From positions 3,782,001 through 3,846,000 of the forward strand of contig NC_000964.3 in NCBI RefSeq assembly GCF_000009045.1: DNA of 64,000 bases, written 5' to 3'. The notes under the pieces are model-generated. The model worked only from the letters and a program-made list of their open reading frames with translations. It did not search any database and was not told the DNA's origin. A program made the translations under genes and the position numbers. Below, one piece after another: positions 39,524 through 48,760 of the stretch (position 1 is its first letter; every line of letters begins with the position of its first letter). This DNA is from Bacillus subtilis subsp. subtilis str. 168 (GTDB lineage Bacteria; Bacillota; Bacilli; Bacillales; Bacillaceae).

Positions 39524-39569
39524 ATTATACTATACACGGGCTGTTTTGTAAGATCAGATTTCTTTTTTC

Positions 39570-41072
39570 TTACAGAACACCTGAAAACAGGCGGGCAAAC
39601 GACTCTTTTGTCCGGTCAGCCACACCTCTTTTATAAAAGCCGACAGGGCTGAGCTTTTCACTTTCCTGCATATCCTCTTCAAAATGGGCCTCAAGGGTTC
39701 GGATCGCTTCGGCATCCGTGAAGAACACATTCACTTCAAAGTTGAGCTGAAAGCTGCGCATGTCCATATTCGCGGTACCGACGGAGGCGAGATCGCCATC
39801 AATGATCATGACTTTTTGATGCATGAAGCCTTTTTGGTAGGAGTACACTTCAATGCCCTCAAGGAGCAGCTCCGGGAAATAGGACCTCGACGCGTATTGG
39901 GTCAAAAAGCTGTCGTTCTTCTCCGGCACCATAACCCTTACCTCTACCCCCTTTGTCGCCGCTGCTTTTAGCGCCGTGCGAATGGATTCATTGGGGACAA
40001 AATAGGGCGTGGCGATCCATATTGATTTCTGCGCTGAAGAAATCATTTCATAATAAAGGTCGCTCATGCTTTCCTTCATGTCAGGGCCTGTCGCGACAAT
40101 TTGATAAATGCCTCCTCCTTCCACGGGAACCGGGGTATTGTACTCCTCTTGATCAATTAGCACTTCATTGGAGACATATTCCCAATCCAGCATAAAGATA
40201 GCGTGGAGCGTTTGCACAATTTCCCCCTCAAGCCGCAGGTGTGTATCTCTCCAAAATCCGATGTACGGATCTCTGCTGATATATTCCTTCCCGACATTTA
40301 ATCCACCCACAAAACCGGTTTTCCCATCGATGATCACGATTTTCCGGTGATTTCTGAAATTCAGCTTCTGGTTGAAAAACCCGTATTTCAGCGGAGAAAA
40401 CGGGACGATGTCCACCCCCGCTTGTTTCATTCTCATAATATCTCTTCTTGCCAGCTTCATGCTTCCTGCCGCATCGTATAAAAACCTCACCTCGACACCC
40501 TGGCGCGCTTTCTCCATCATAATATCCATCATGCCGCGTCCGAGCATGTCTGATTTAAACATGTAGTATTCAATATGTATGTAAGATTCCGCTTTTCTCA
40601 TTGCTTTGAAAATGTCCGGGAAGGTTTCTTCGCCGTTTTTCAGCACTTTGATGTTGCTTTTCGTATTGATATTCATATGGGCAGCCCTGATGGAATATGT
40701 AAAGAACCTCTCTTGATTGTCCTTCAGCCCTGTCACTTCGGGCGTTTCCTCCTTGTCAAACAGCTTCCTGAGCTTTTCCCTGTTGTACATTCGTTTTGTC
40801 TTAAACAGCTTTCCCTTTACATAAAGCTGTCCCGAAAACAGATAAAACACGTAGCCGACGATTGGAAAAAAGACAAGAATATGGATCCATAGCAGCGTGT
40901 GCTGCGAGGTGCGGTTTTCAAGAATTAATGAATAGATGCTGAACAAAATAATGCTTATATAGCAAAGCAATCCTCCGTAAAACTCAAGTCTGGAAACCGG
41001 AAAAAACCAAATGACATATGCCCCGATGAGCATCATATATAAAAAGAAAAATTCCAGTCTCCTTTTCAGCAT
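39570..41072 (-). CDS. ywiE: Cardiolipin synthase (PLD family)
   Basis: 500 aa from ATG 41072; N-terminal TM segments, RNHRKIVIID and HQKVMIID motifs. Confidence 0.92.
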   Translation of the reverse strand: MLKRRLEFFFLYMMLIGAYVIWFFPVSRLEFYGGLLCYISIILFSIYSLILENRTSQHTLLWIHILVFFPIVGYVFYLFSGQLYVKGKLFKTKRMYNREKLRKLFDKEETPEVTGLKDNQERFFTYSIRAAHMNINTKSNIKVLKNGEETFPDIFKAMRKAESYIHIEYYMFKSDMLGRGMMDIMMEKARQGVEVRFLYDAAGSMKLARRDIMRMKQAGVDIVPFSPLKYGFFNQKLNFRNHRKIVIIDGKTGFVGGLNVGKEYISRDPYIGFWRDTHLRLEGEIVQTLHAIFMLDWEYVSNEVLIDQEEYNTPVPVEGGGIYQIVATGPDMKESMSDLYYEMISSAQKSIWIATPYFVPNESIRTALKAAATKGVEVRVMVPEKNDSFLTQYASRSYFPELLLEGIEVYSYQKGFMHQKVMIIDGDLASVGTANMDMRSFQLNFEVNVFFTDAEAIRTLEAHFEEDMQESEKLSPVGFYKRGVADRTKESFARLFSGVL

Positions 41073-41107
41073 CCTGATTCTCTCCAATCTGATTCAATTA
41101 CCTCTGT

Positions 41108-41134
41108 ATTACCTCTTTTTTCTAATCGATAAAC
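41108..41134 (-). promoter_or_regulatory. SigB-like promoter of ywiE
   Basis: GTTTAT-14 bp-AGGTAAT. Confidence 0.6.
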
Positions 41135-41143
41135 CTTGTAAGT

Positions 41144-41175
41144 AAAAAACCTCTCCGCCAAAGGAGGAGAGGTTT
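41144..41175 (-). terminator. Orphan intrinsic terminator upstream of ywiE
   Basis: AAACCTCTCC-9 nt-GGAGAGGTTT followed by TTT. Confidence 0.75.
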
Positions 41176-41190
41176 AGAGAAAACTAACTG

Positions 41191-41448
41191 TCACGGAATT
41201 CATCCGCATCGTTTCTGCAGAAATAAAGCAAGACTATTGGCAACGCCGAGTGACAACATGAGCGGCAAGCTGAACCCGCTCAGCACTCCGGCAAGCGCCG
41301 AAAAGAAGGCGGCGCTGTGACTGCAAATACGGTGGATAGAGTAAATTTGATACCCATTCTGATGAGAGAAAATATATAAAACGGGAAATTGATCAGAAAG
41401 ATATAAGGAGTTAGTCAGGCTGAATCATAATCTGGCTGTTCCGCCGGT
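41191..41448 (-). pseudogene. Degraded YitT-family membrane protein gene
   Basis: Three reading-frame segments: TGGTARL* (41448-41425), FLINFPFYIFSLIRMGIKFTLSTVFAVTA (41399-41313), and ...SLGVANSLALFLQKRCG*IP* (to 41191). Confidence 0.65.
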
Positions 41449-41529
41449 TTAAAATGAGTAAAATCCTTGATGTTATTTCCATATACAAACATAACAGGAT
41501 TCCCGGCAGCCCAGCCATTACCTTGGCAG

Positions 41530-41558
41530 AAAAAACCCCCTCTTGCAAGGGGGATTTT
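41530..41558 (-). terminator. Terminator of the narGHJI operon
   Basis: CCCCCT-TGCAAG-AGGGGG followed by TTTTTT, directly after the narI stop. Confidence 0.75.
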
Positions 41559-42229
41559 CACGAGCGTTTCCGATATACAACGTAGCTGCGGGTCAGATAC
41601 TTGAGCGGCAGACTGAACACATGAACCAATCTCGTAAACGGCCACAGGATAAAAACGACGTATCCTATCACAATATGAAACTTAAACCATAGCGGGACAC
41701 TCTCCATCAAAGAGGCGTCAGGCCTGAACAAAACGATTTCCCTGAACCAGGGCCCGACTGTGGTCCGGTAATCAAATCCTTTCGAATCAATGTTGAGAAA
41801 CGTGGCCGCAACGCCTGACAGCATCATGAACAGCAGCAGGAGGAGCGTAAGGATATCGGATGGCGAGCTCGTTTTGCGGATTCTTTTGTCAAACAGCCTT
41901 CTGTACGTCAGGATGACAAGTCCGGTACATGCCGCAATGCCCGCCGGCAAGCCAGCGCCAATCGCCATTTTGTGATACATATGCTCTGAAATGCCAAGGG
42001 AAGCATACACGCCTTCTGGGATCAGAATCCCCATGACATGCCCGCCGACAACGCACAGCAGTCCCCAGTGAAAAAGTGTGCTGCCAGCCGCAAGTTTTTT
42101 CTTTTCTAACAGCTCGCTTGATTTCGCCGTCCAGCCAAATTGGTCATGCTGATAGCGGTAAATATGGCCGCCGATAAAGATTGTCAATACAATGTATGGC
42201 ATAATACCCCAGAGGATCTGCCCGCTCAT
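41558..42229 (-). CDS. narI: Respiratory nitrate reductase gamma subunit (cytochrome b)
   Basis: 223 aa; WTAKSSELL, heme-ligand His residues, FTRLVHV motif. Confidence 0.96.
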   Translation of the reverse strand: MSGQILWGIMPYIVLTIFIGGHIYRYQHDQFGWTAKSSELLEKKKLAAGSTLFHWGLLCVVGGHVMGILIPEGVYASLGISEHMYHKMAIGAGLPAGIAACTGLVILTYRRLFDKRIRKTSSPSDILTLLLLLFMMLSGVAATFLNIDSKGFDYRTTVGPWFREIVLFRPDASLMESVPLWFKFHIVIGYVVFILWPFTRLVHVFSLPLKYLTRSYVVYRKRS

Positions 42230-42780
42230 GCCTGAACAGCCCCTTCAACGCTTTCACGTACGCCAATGTTTTCAAGCGCGGCCAGCAGCACGTGCAGCAG
42301 TTCAGCGTATATACTGTCATTTTTTTCGAGACGGGATGCCAGCTCCCTCACATTGGACAGATATTTCTCAAACACGCTTCTCGCTGCTTCAATTTCTGCA
42401 GCCGCAGCAAATTCCAGCATCAGCGGCAGATAATCAGGCAGCTCTTTCTCTGTCGGCAGGAAACCGGATTGCTCGTATGTGTTTTTTAAATGCAGCAATT
42501 CAATGCCGCGTTCCCTTTGCTCGCCTGAGTTAAAGTAGGTGACATACATATTTGTTTTTTTCCCGAAGTCGAATGTATAGACATAGTGTTCAATCAGCGC
42601 TTCCGGAGAATAGCTGGCTGACGTCTCGAAAAAGTGCAGCAGCTTCTCCCGGATTTGCCGGTTGCCGATTTCTTGGATAAGAGCCTTCCAATCGGGAAGC
42701 TCGGCTCTCCACTCTTCATCCGGATAAGAGAGAAGACAGGAAAGAGCAGAGAACGTGATTTGCCGGTCTGTGGTGTTCAT
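42226..42780 (-). CDS. narJ: Nitrate reductase maturation chaperone
   Basis: 184 aa from ATG 42780; YVYTFD, ELPDYLPLMLEF motif. Confidence 0.95.
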   Translation of the reverse strand: MNTTDRQITFSALSCLLSYPDEEWRAELPDWKALIQEIGNRQIREKLLHFFETSASYSPEALIEHYVYTFDFGKKTNMYVTYFNSGEQRERGIELLHLKNTYEQSGFLPTEKELPDYLPLMLEFAAAAEIEAARSVFEKYLSNVRELASRLEKNDSIYAELLHVLLAALENIGVRESVEGAVQA

Positions 42781-42805
42781 CTTGTTACACCTCATTTATC
42801 AAAAG

Positions 42806-44269
42806 TTAGAAACAGGAGCCGGGGCCGCCTGAAAATGATAAGCCGCAGCTTCCTTGTTCAGCGTATAAATCTGATACTTCTTCTCGATGGCTGCTCGGAA
42901 TCACAAAGCGGTCATCATATTTGGCAATCGCAAGCAGCCGATACATATCTTCAATTTGCTGTTCTGTTAAGCCGACACTGGAGATCAGTTCCGGATCGAT
43001 TGATTTATTCGTCTGGACCGCTCTCATATACTGGCGCATGACAGACATTTTCTTTAATGTTGACCGAATATGATCCGTATCACCGGCTGTTAACAGCTGC
43101 GCCAAATAATCTATCGGGATTCTCATTTGGTCGATAGCCGGAAAAATATCTTCCGCCGTTTGCCGGCTGCCTTTTCCTTCAAAGAGATTCATAATCGGGC
43201 TGAGCGGCGGAATGTACCACACCATTGGCAGCGTGCGGTACTCAGGATGAAGCGGCAGCGCGATCTTCCAGTCAATGATCATTTTATAGATCGGTGATTG
43301 CTGCGCGGCCTCTATCCATTCAGCCGGAATGCCTTGTTCTTTTGCCAGTTTGGCAACCTCAGGATCATTCGGATCAAGAAAAACGTCCAATTGGGAATGG
43401 TAGAGATCCTTTTCATTTTCAACAGATGCCGCTTCCTCCACTTTGTCCGCGTCATATAGCATGACGCCGAGGTAGCGGATTCTGCCAACACACGTCTCAG
43501 AGCAGATGGTTGGCAGTCCCGCCTCCAAACGCGGAAAGCAGAGTGTGCATTTTTCCGCTTTGTTCGTTTGCCAGTTAAAATAGACTTTTTTATAAGGACA
43601 GGATGAGACGCAATATCTCCATGAACGGCATGCGTTTTGATCCACAAGCACAATGCCGTCCTCCTCGCGTTTGTACATGGCGCCGGATGGACAGGATGAG
43701 ACGCATGCCGGGTTGATGCAGTGCTCGCAAATACGGGGCAAATACATCATAAAGACGTCATCGAATTCTGTTTTGATCGATTCCTCCATCTTTTGTACGT
43801 TGGGATCTTCAAGTCCCGTAATGTGGCCGCCTGCGAGATCGTCCTCCCAGTTCGGTCCCCATTCGATATTCATGAAATCCCCCGTCAAGGACGATTTCGG
43901 GCGTGCTACCGGCTGGTGTTTTTTCTGCGGGCTGTTCGTTAATGTTTCATAATCATAGTTCCAAGGTTCATAGTAATCATCAATTGACGGCTGATTCGGA
44001 TTATAGAAAAGGCCTGCAAGCCGATTGGTTTTCGAGCCCGATTTCAGCTCGAGCTTTCCTTTTTTCAATGTCCAGCCGCCTTTATATTTGTCCTGGTCCT
44101 CCCATTGCTTCGGGTAGCCGATGCCCGGCTTTGTTTCTACATTATTGAAGTACATATATTCCGCACCGGAACGGTTTGTCCACGTGTTTTTGCAGGTGAC
44201 GCTGCACGTGTGGCAGCCGATGCATTTATCCAAGTTCATGACCATACCGATTTGCGCTTTAATCTTCAA
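42806..44269 (-). CDS. narH: Nitrate reductase beta subunit (Fe-S)
   Basis: 487 aa; CIGCHTCSVTC, CEHCINPAC, CRSWRYC and CTLC motifs. Confidence 0.98.
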   Translation of the reverse strand: MKIKAQIGMVMNLDKCIGCHTCSVTCKNTWTNRSGAEYMYFNNVETKPGIGYPKQWEDQDKYKGGWTLKKGKLELKSGSKTNRLAGLFYNPNQPSIDDYYEPWNYDYETLTNSPQKKHQPVARPKSSLTGDFMNIEWGPNWEDDLAGGHITGLEDPNVQKMEESIKTEFDDVFMMYLPRICEHCINPACVSSCPSGAMYKREEDGIVLVDQNACRSWRYCVSSCPYKKVYFNWQTNKAEKCTLCFPRLEAGLPTICSETCVGRIRYLGVMLYDADKVEEAASVENEKDLYHSQLDVFLDPNDPEVAKLAKEQGIPAEWIEAAQQSPIYKMIIDWKIALPLHPEYRTLPMVWYIPPLSPIMNLFEGKGSRQTAEDIFPAIDQMRIPIDYLAQLLTAGDTDHIRSTLKKMSVMRQYMRAVQTNKSIDPELISSVGLTEQQIEDMYRLLAIAKYDDRFVIPSSHREEVSDLYAEQGSCGLSFSGGPGSCF

Positions 44270-47200
44270 GCCAATCGACCTCCTTCAGCTTGCGGATGAC
44301 GACGTTCAGGTCGCGCTGATTCCCCGTTGGACCGTAATAATTAAAGCCGTAGCTGAGCTGGGCGTAGCCACCGATCATCTGTGTCGGCTTGACGTGAATC
44401 CTTGTCGGGCTGTTATGGGTGCCTCCGCGGTTATTCGTCAGCTTTGTGCCGGGCACGTTGATGTGGCGGTCCTGGGCATGGTGCATAAACGCCATTCCTT
44501 TAGGAATCCGATGAGACAAAACGGCTCTCGCGACGACAACGCCGTTTCGGTTGAAGCATTCAATCCAATCGTTGTCTTTGATATCCGTGTCCTCTGCATC
44601 ATCTTTATTCATCCACACGGTCGGCCCGCCGCGGAACAGCGTCAGCATCGGCAGAGAATCAAAATACATGCTGTGGACAGACCATTTATTATGCGGCGTC
44701 AAATAATTGAGGACGATTTCTTTTCCCTCTTGATCAGGCCGTTTGCTCAGAAACGGGCGATGCTGGAGGATCGGTTTGAATGTCGCCATCGTTTCACCGA
44801 ATTCCATCATCAGTTCATGATCGACATAATAGGATTGTCTGCCTGTCAGCGTCCGCCACGGAATTAATTTTTCAACATTCGTTGTAAACGGCGAATACCT
44901 GCGCCCTCCTTTTTCAGAGCCGGTAAACGCTGGAGACGTGATCACCGTTTTCGGCTGGGCTGTAATTTGTTCGAACGTAAAGCATTCTTCCTCGCGTTCT
45001 TCCGCCAGGTCTTTCAGCTTCAGGTTCGTGATGTTTTCAAGTGATTCCCATGCTTTTACTGCGACCTTTCCATTCGAAGTGGATGATAGGGTTAAAATCG
45101 CTTCTGCAGCCTGCTTTGCTTCACTTATATTTGGACATCCCTTTGCCACGCTGTCCGAGGTGATTTCTCCCAGTCTCTGTTTGAGTGATTCATATTCATC
45201 GGCTATTGACCAGCTCATCCCTTTTGTTCCGCTCGGCTTTAAAGCAACGTTCGGACCAAGTGCAGTCATTTTATGAAAAATGTGTTTGTAATCCCGTTCA
45301 ACGACTTGGATGTTCGGCATCGTTTTTCCCGGAATGGCTTCACATTCGCCTTTGCTCCAGTCATTGATTTTGCCGAATGGCTGGGCCAATTCCTGCATGG
45401 TGTCGTGGAGCAGCGGTGTCGCAACCACTTCTTTCACCGGCTCCATATCGACTTCTTCTGCCAGATCGGAAACGGCTTTTGACAGCGCCTTGAAAATATC
45501 CCAGTCTGACTTCGATTCCCACGGAGCCGAGATCGCAGGAGCAAATGGATGAATGAACGGATGCATATCTGTGCTGCTGAGATCGTGTTTTTCATACCAT
45601 GTCGCCGCCGGCAGCACGATATCGGAATACAGCGCCGTACCCGCCATTCGAAAATCAAGATTGATTAATAAGTCGAGCTTTCCTTCCGGCGCCTGCTCCC
45701 GCCATTTGATTTCTTCTGGGCGGATGCTGTCGCTGTCGTCATTCATTAAACCGTTCGTTGTCCCCAGCAAATGCTTGAGAAAATATTCATGCCCTTTTCC
45801 TGAGCTTGAGATCAGATTTGCCCGCCATACAAAGAGATTCCTTGGGAAATTCACTTCATTGTCAGGATCTTCAATCGCGAATTTCAGTTTTTTCTCTTGG
45901 AGCTGTGAGGCCACGTACGCACCTACGTCTTCAGGTGTTGCTGCCCCTGCTTTTTCAGCTTCTTTATACAGATCGATGCCATTTTGATTGAAAGTCGGGT
46001 AAGACGGAAGCCACCCTAGCCGCGCCGCCAGCACATTGTAATCAGCGTGGTGCTTGTAGCGGGATGAAGCAGCAATCGGTGATGCCAAATCACTGATCGG
46101 CTGGTCCTCATAACGCCACTGATCTGTCGCAAAGTAGAAAAATGAGGTGCCATTTTGCAGCTTGGGCACGCCTTCCCAGTCCTTTGCAGTTGCAATCGTC
46201 TGCCACCCTTCAGCAGGTCGGAGCTTTTCCTGCCCCACGTAATGGGCCCAGCCTCCGCCGTTTACGCCTTGGGCGCCTACAAGTAAAACAAGATTTAACA
46301 CTGCTCGGTAGATCGTGTCGGAGTTGAACCAGTGGTTAATGCCGGCCCCTACGATAATCATGGACCGGCCGTCTGTATCGATCGCATTTTGGGCAAACTC
46401 TCTGGCAATCTTAACGACAGCTTCTTTTTTGATTCCTGTCATTTGTTCCTGCCAGGCAGGCGTAAACGGCTCAGGGTCATCATAGGAGACAGCCGATCGT
46501 TCGCCGATGCCCCGGTTCACGCCGTAGTTAGCCAGTATCAAGTCAAACACGGTCGTGATGTACGTTTCTTCACCGTTCAGGTTCATTTTTTTAATAGGAA
46601 GATCCCGCTCGAGCACTTTGTTTCCGTCATTTGAAAAATACGGGATGCGCACCGTGCCGATTTCGTCCTCTATTCCCAGCACAGAGAGACGGGGTTCAAT
46701 CGGTTCCCCGGTTTCTTCATCAATCATGTGCAGGTTCCATTTCTGCTGCCCGTCCCAGCGCGAGCCCATTGTCCCTTGGGGTATGGCAAATGAACTTGTC
46801 TGTTCATCCCAAACCGCAGGCTTCCACTGATCATGCTTTGTCTTCCGCCCGATGTCCTTCGCATGCAGAAACCGTCCCGCTGTGTATACGCCATTTTCTT
46901 TTGACAGAGTGACGAGAAATGGAAAATCAGTGTATTGCTTCGCGTACTCAATAAAACGTTCAGTTTCTTGGTTCACGTAAAATTCCTGCAGAATAACGTG
47001 ACCCATCGCCATCGCAAGCGCCCCGTCAGTCCCTTGGCGAATACTCAGCCAGTCATCCGCGAACTTTGAGGATTCCGCAAAATCTGGACTGATCGAAATG
47101 ACCTTAGCGCCTTTATAGCGGGCCTCCGCCAAAAAATGCGCGTCAGGCGTTCTCGTTAACGGAACGTTGGAGCCCCATGTGATAATATAGCCGGAATTGT

Positions 47201-47945
47201 ACCAATCACTGCTTTCCGGAACGTCCGTCTGGTCACCCCAAATTTGCGGGGATGCTGGAGGAAGATCCGCATACCAGTCATAAAAACTGAGCATAGGGCC
47301 TCCGATTAACGACATAAACCGGGAGCCTGATGCGTGGCTGATCATGGACATGGCCGGAATCGGAGAAAAACCGACGTTTCGGTCAGGCCCGTATTTCATC
47401 ACTGTATACAGCAGAGAGGCTGAAATCAGCTTCAGCACCTCCGGCCATTCAGCGCGCACAAAACCGCCTTTCCCTCTCGCCTGTTTATAGGACTTCGCTT
47501 TTTCAGGGTTTTCGACGATCGATTTCCAGGCTTCCAATGGATTTTGATGCGTCTGCAATGCCTCCCGCCACAAATTGATCAGCACACCGCGCACGTATGG
47601 ATATTTCACACGGAGCGGGCTGTAGATATACCATGAAAAACTGGCCCCCCGCGGGCAGCCTCTCGGTTCAAAATCAGGCATATCCGGGCCTGTTGATGGA
47701 TAATTCAAATTTTGCCCTTCCCACGTGACTATTCCGTTTTTCACATAAATATTCCAGCTGCAAGACCCTGTACAGTTGACGCCGTGGGTGGAGCGAACGA
47801 CTTTGTCGTACTGCCATCTGTTTCTGTATACATTCTCCCAATCGCGATCCTCGCGGGTAGTTTGGCTATGTTTATTTGAATGGTGTTCGATAGGAGAGAA
47901 ATAATTCAATCTCCTAAACAACGGACTCCTTTTCTTTTTCTTCAT
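44259..47945 (-). CDS. narG: Nitrate reductase alpha subunit (Mo-bisMGD)
   Basis: 1228 aa; STHGVNCTGSCSW, PRGCPRGASFSWY and YDWYADLP motifs. Confidence 0.98.
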   Translation of the reverse strand: MKKKKRSPLFRRLNYFSPIEHHSNKHSQTTREDRDWENVYRNRWQYDKVVRSTHGVNCTGSCSWNIYVKNGIVTWEGQNLNYPSTGPDMPDFEPRGCPRGASFSWYIYSPLRVKYPYVRGVLINLWREALQTHQNPLEAWKSIVENPEKAKSYKQARGKGGFVRAEWPEVLKLISASLLYTVMKYGPDRNVGFSPIPAMSMISHASGSRFMSLIGGPMLSFYDWYADLPPASPQIWGDQTDVPESSDWYNSGYIITWGSNVPLTRTPDAHFLAEARYKGAKVISISPDFAESSKFADDWLSIRQGTDGALAMAMGHVILQEFYVNQETERFIEYAKQYTDFPFLVTLSKENGVYTAGRFLHAKDIGRKTKHDQWKPAVWDEQTSSFAIPQGTMGSRWDGQQKWNLHMIDEETGEPIEPRLSVLGIEDEIGTVRIPYFSNDGNKVLERDLPIKKMNLNGEETYITTVFDLILANYGVNRGIGERSAVSYDDPEPFTPAWQEQMTGIKKEAVVKIAREFAQNAIDTDGRSMIIVGAGINHWFNSDTIYRAVLNLVLLVGAQGVNGGGWAHYVGQEKLRPAEGWQTIATAKDWEGVPKLQNGTSFFYFATDQWRYEDQPISDLASPIAASSRYKHHADYNVLAARLGWLPSYPTFNQNGIDLYKEAEKAGAATPEDVGAYVASQLQEKKLKFAIEDPDNEVNFPRNLFVWRANLISSSGKGHEYFLKHLLGTTNGLMNDDSDSIRPEEIKWREQAPEGKLDLLINLDFRMAGTALYSDIVLPAATWYEKHDLSSTDMHPFIHPFAPAISAPWESKSDWDIFKALSKAVSDLAEEVDMEPVKEVVATPLLHDTMQELAQPFGKINDWSKGECEAIPGKTMPNIQVVERDYKHIFHKMTALGPNVALKPSGTKGMSWSIADEYESLKQRLGEITSDSVAKGCPNISEAKQAAEAILTLSSTSNGKVAVKAWESLENITNLKLKDLAEEREEECFTFEQITAQPKTVITSPAFTGSEKGGRRYSPFTTNVEKLIPWRTLTGRQSYYVDHELMMEFGETMATFKPILQHRPFLSKRPDQEGKEIVLNYLTPHNKWSVHSMYFDSLPMLTLFRGGPTVWMNKDDAEDTDIKDNDWIECFNRNGVVVARAVLSHRIPKGMAFMHHAQDRHINVPGTKLTNNRGGTHNSPTRIHVKPTQMIGGYAQLSYGFNYYGPTGNQRDLNVVIRKLKEVDWLED

Positions 47946-48010
47946 GAGAGTTCACTCCTTCCGAGTCAGGTGATGCTAAGTTCACTATAAACAGAGACAG
48001 CGTGTTTCCT

Positions 48011-48026
48011 TGTGAACTATGTCACA
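48011..48026. promoter_or_regulatory. Fnr box of narGHJI
   Basis: Perfect TGTGA-N6-TCACA, about -41.5 relative to the start site implied by -10 TATAGT (47984-47989). Confidence 0.9.
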
Positions 48027-48122
48027 CACTCTGCTTTTTTCACAAAATGTTCACACAAAGGAGAAGGAAGGCTGCGTTCAGGCAGGACGCTTGGGTCATT
48101 AGCTGCCTTTCATTCAAAGATC

Positions 48123-48151
48123 AAAAAAAACCGGCTCTATTTAAGAACCGG
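48123..48151 (-). terminator. Terminator after arfM
   Basis: CCGGTTCT-TAAAT-AGAGCCGG followed by T8. Confidence 0.8.
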
Positions 48152-48617
48152 GCTCAGCGTTTTCATCCTGTGATGTATGCAGATACCGCAAAAATAATTG
48201 ATAGGAACAAAAAACATTTTGCTGAAGCATAGCCAAAAAGTTCATTTGCAGCTGCGGATGATAAGACATCATTTTCTTAAATATGTAATATGGGATGTTG
48301 AGAATCAGAATGTCTGAAGTGGCATTGACTGAGATAAAGGGCGATAAATAAAGCCCGCCTTTTTCATCAATCGGAAACACATCGCCTTTTTCCCACAGCG
48401 CAACGGTTTTCGACCCTTCAGGGAGCCTTGTGTCCATAAAACGGACACTGCCTTTTAATACAATATAAACAGATTGAGAATGAAGAAAAGATGGAGACTG
48501 ATCACATGAACCGCGGATAAACGTGCCGTTTTTCAGCAAGGTTTCGACAATGGATAGAGGCACTTCATTAAACATAGGAAGTTGTTTCAGAAATAATAAA
48601 TAGTCACACTGATTCAT
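48141..48617 (-). CDS. arfM: Anaerobic regulator ArfM (Crp/Fnr-type effector domain only)
   Basis: 158 aa from ATG 48617 (GGAGG SD); LKQLPMF...YIVLKGSVRF...KGDVF cNMP-domain pattern. Confidence 0.85.
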   Translation of the reverse strand: MNQCDYLLFLKQLPMFNEVPLSIVETLLKNGTFIRGSCDQSPSFLHSQSVYIVLKGSVRFMDTRLPEGSKTVALWEKGDVFPIDEKGGLYLSPFISVNATSDILILNIPYYIFKKMMSYHPQLQMNFLAMLQQNVFCSYQLFLRYLHTSQDENAEPGS

Positions 48618-48674
48618 AGGAAAACCTCCTGTGCTAAGGATAGCTTTAGTGTAGCTCGACTGAGCCTGTACAGC

Positions 48675-48690
48675 AGTGATGTATTTCACA
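48675..48690. promoter_or_regulatory. Fnr box between divergent arfM and ywiC
   Basis: AGTGA-TGTATT-TCACA (1 mismatch), about -41.5 for the arfM -10 TACACT (48648-48653). Confidence 0.8.
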
Positions 48691-48760
48691 GCCTGTATGA
48701 TGAATGTCACTTATCAGGAGGGTGAATGCATTTATAATGAAAGAAAAAAGGAGGATTTCG

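Noticed and set aside
41415-41645. 76-aa minus-strand ORF from the track
   Set aside because: Starts inside narI and runs through the nar terminator; only the downstream frames match YitT, so it is not a functional gene.
44121-44867. 248-aa plus-strand ORF
   Set aside because: Antisense to the narG/narH junction; explained by the codon bias of the real genes.
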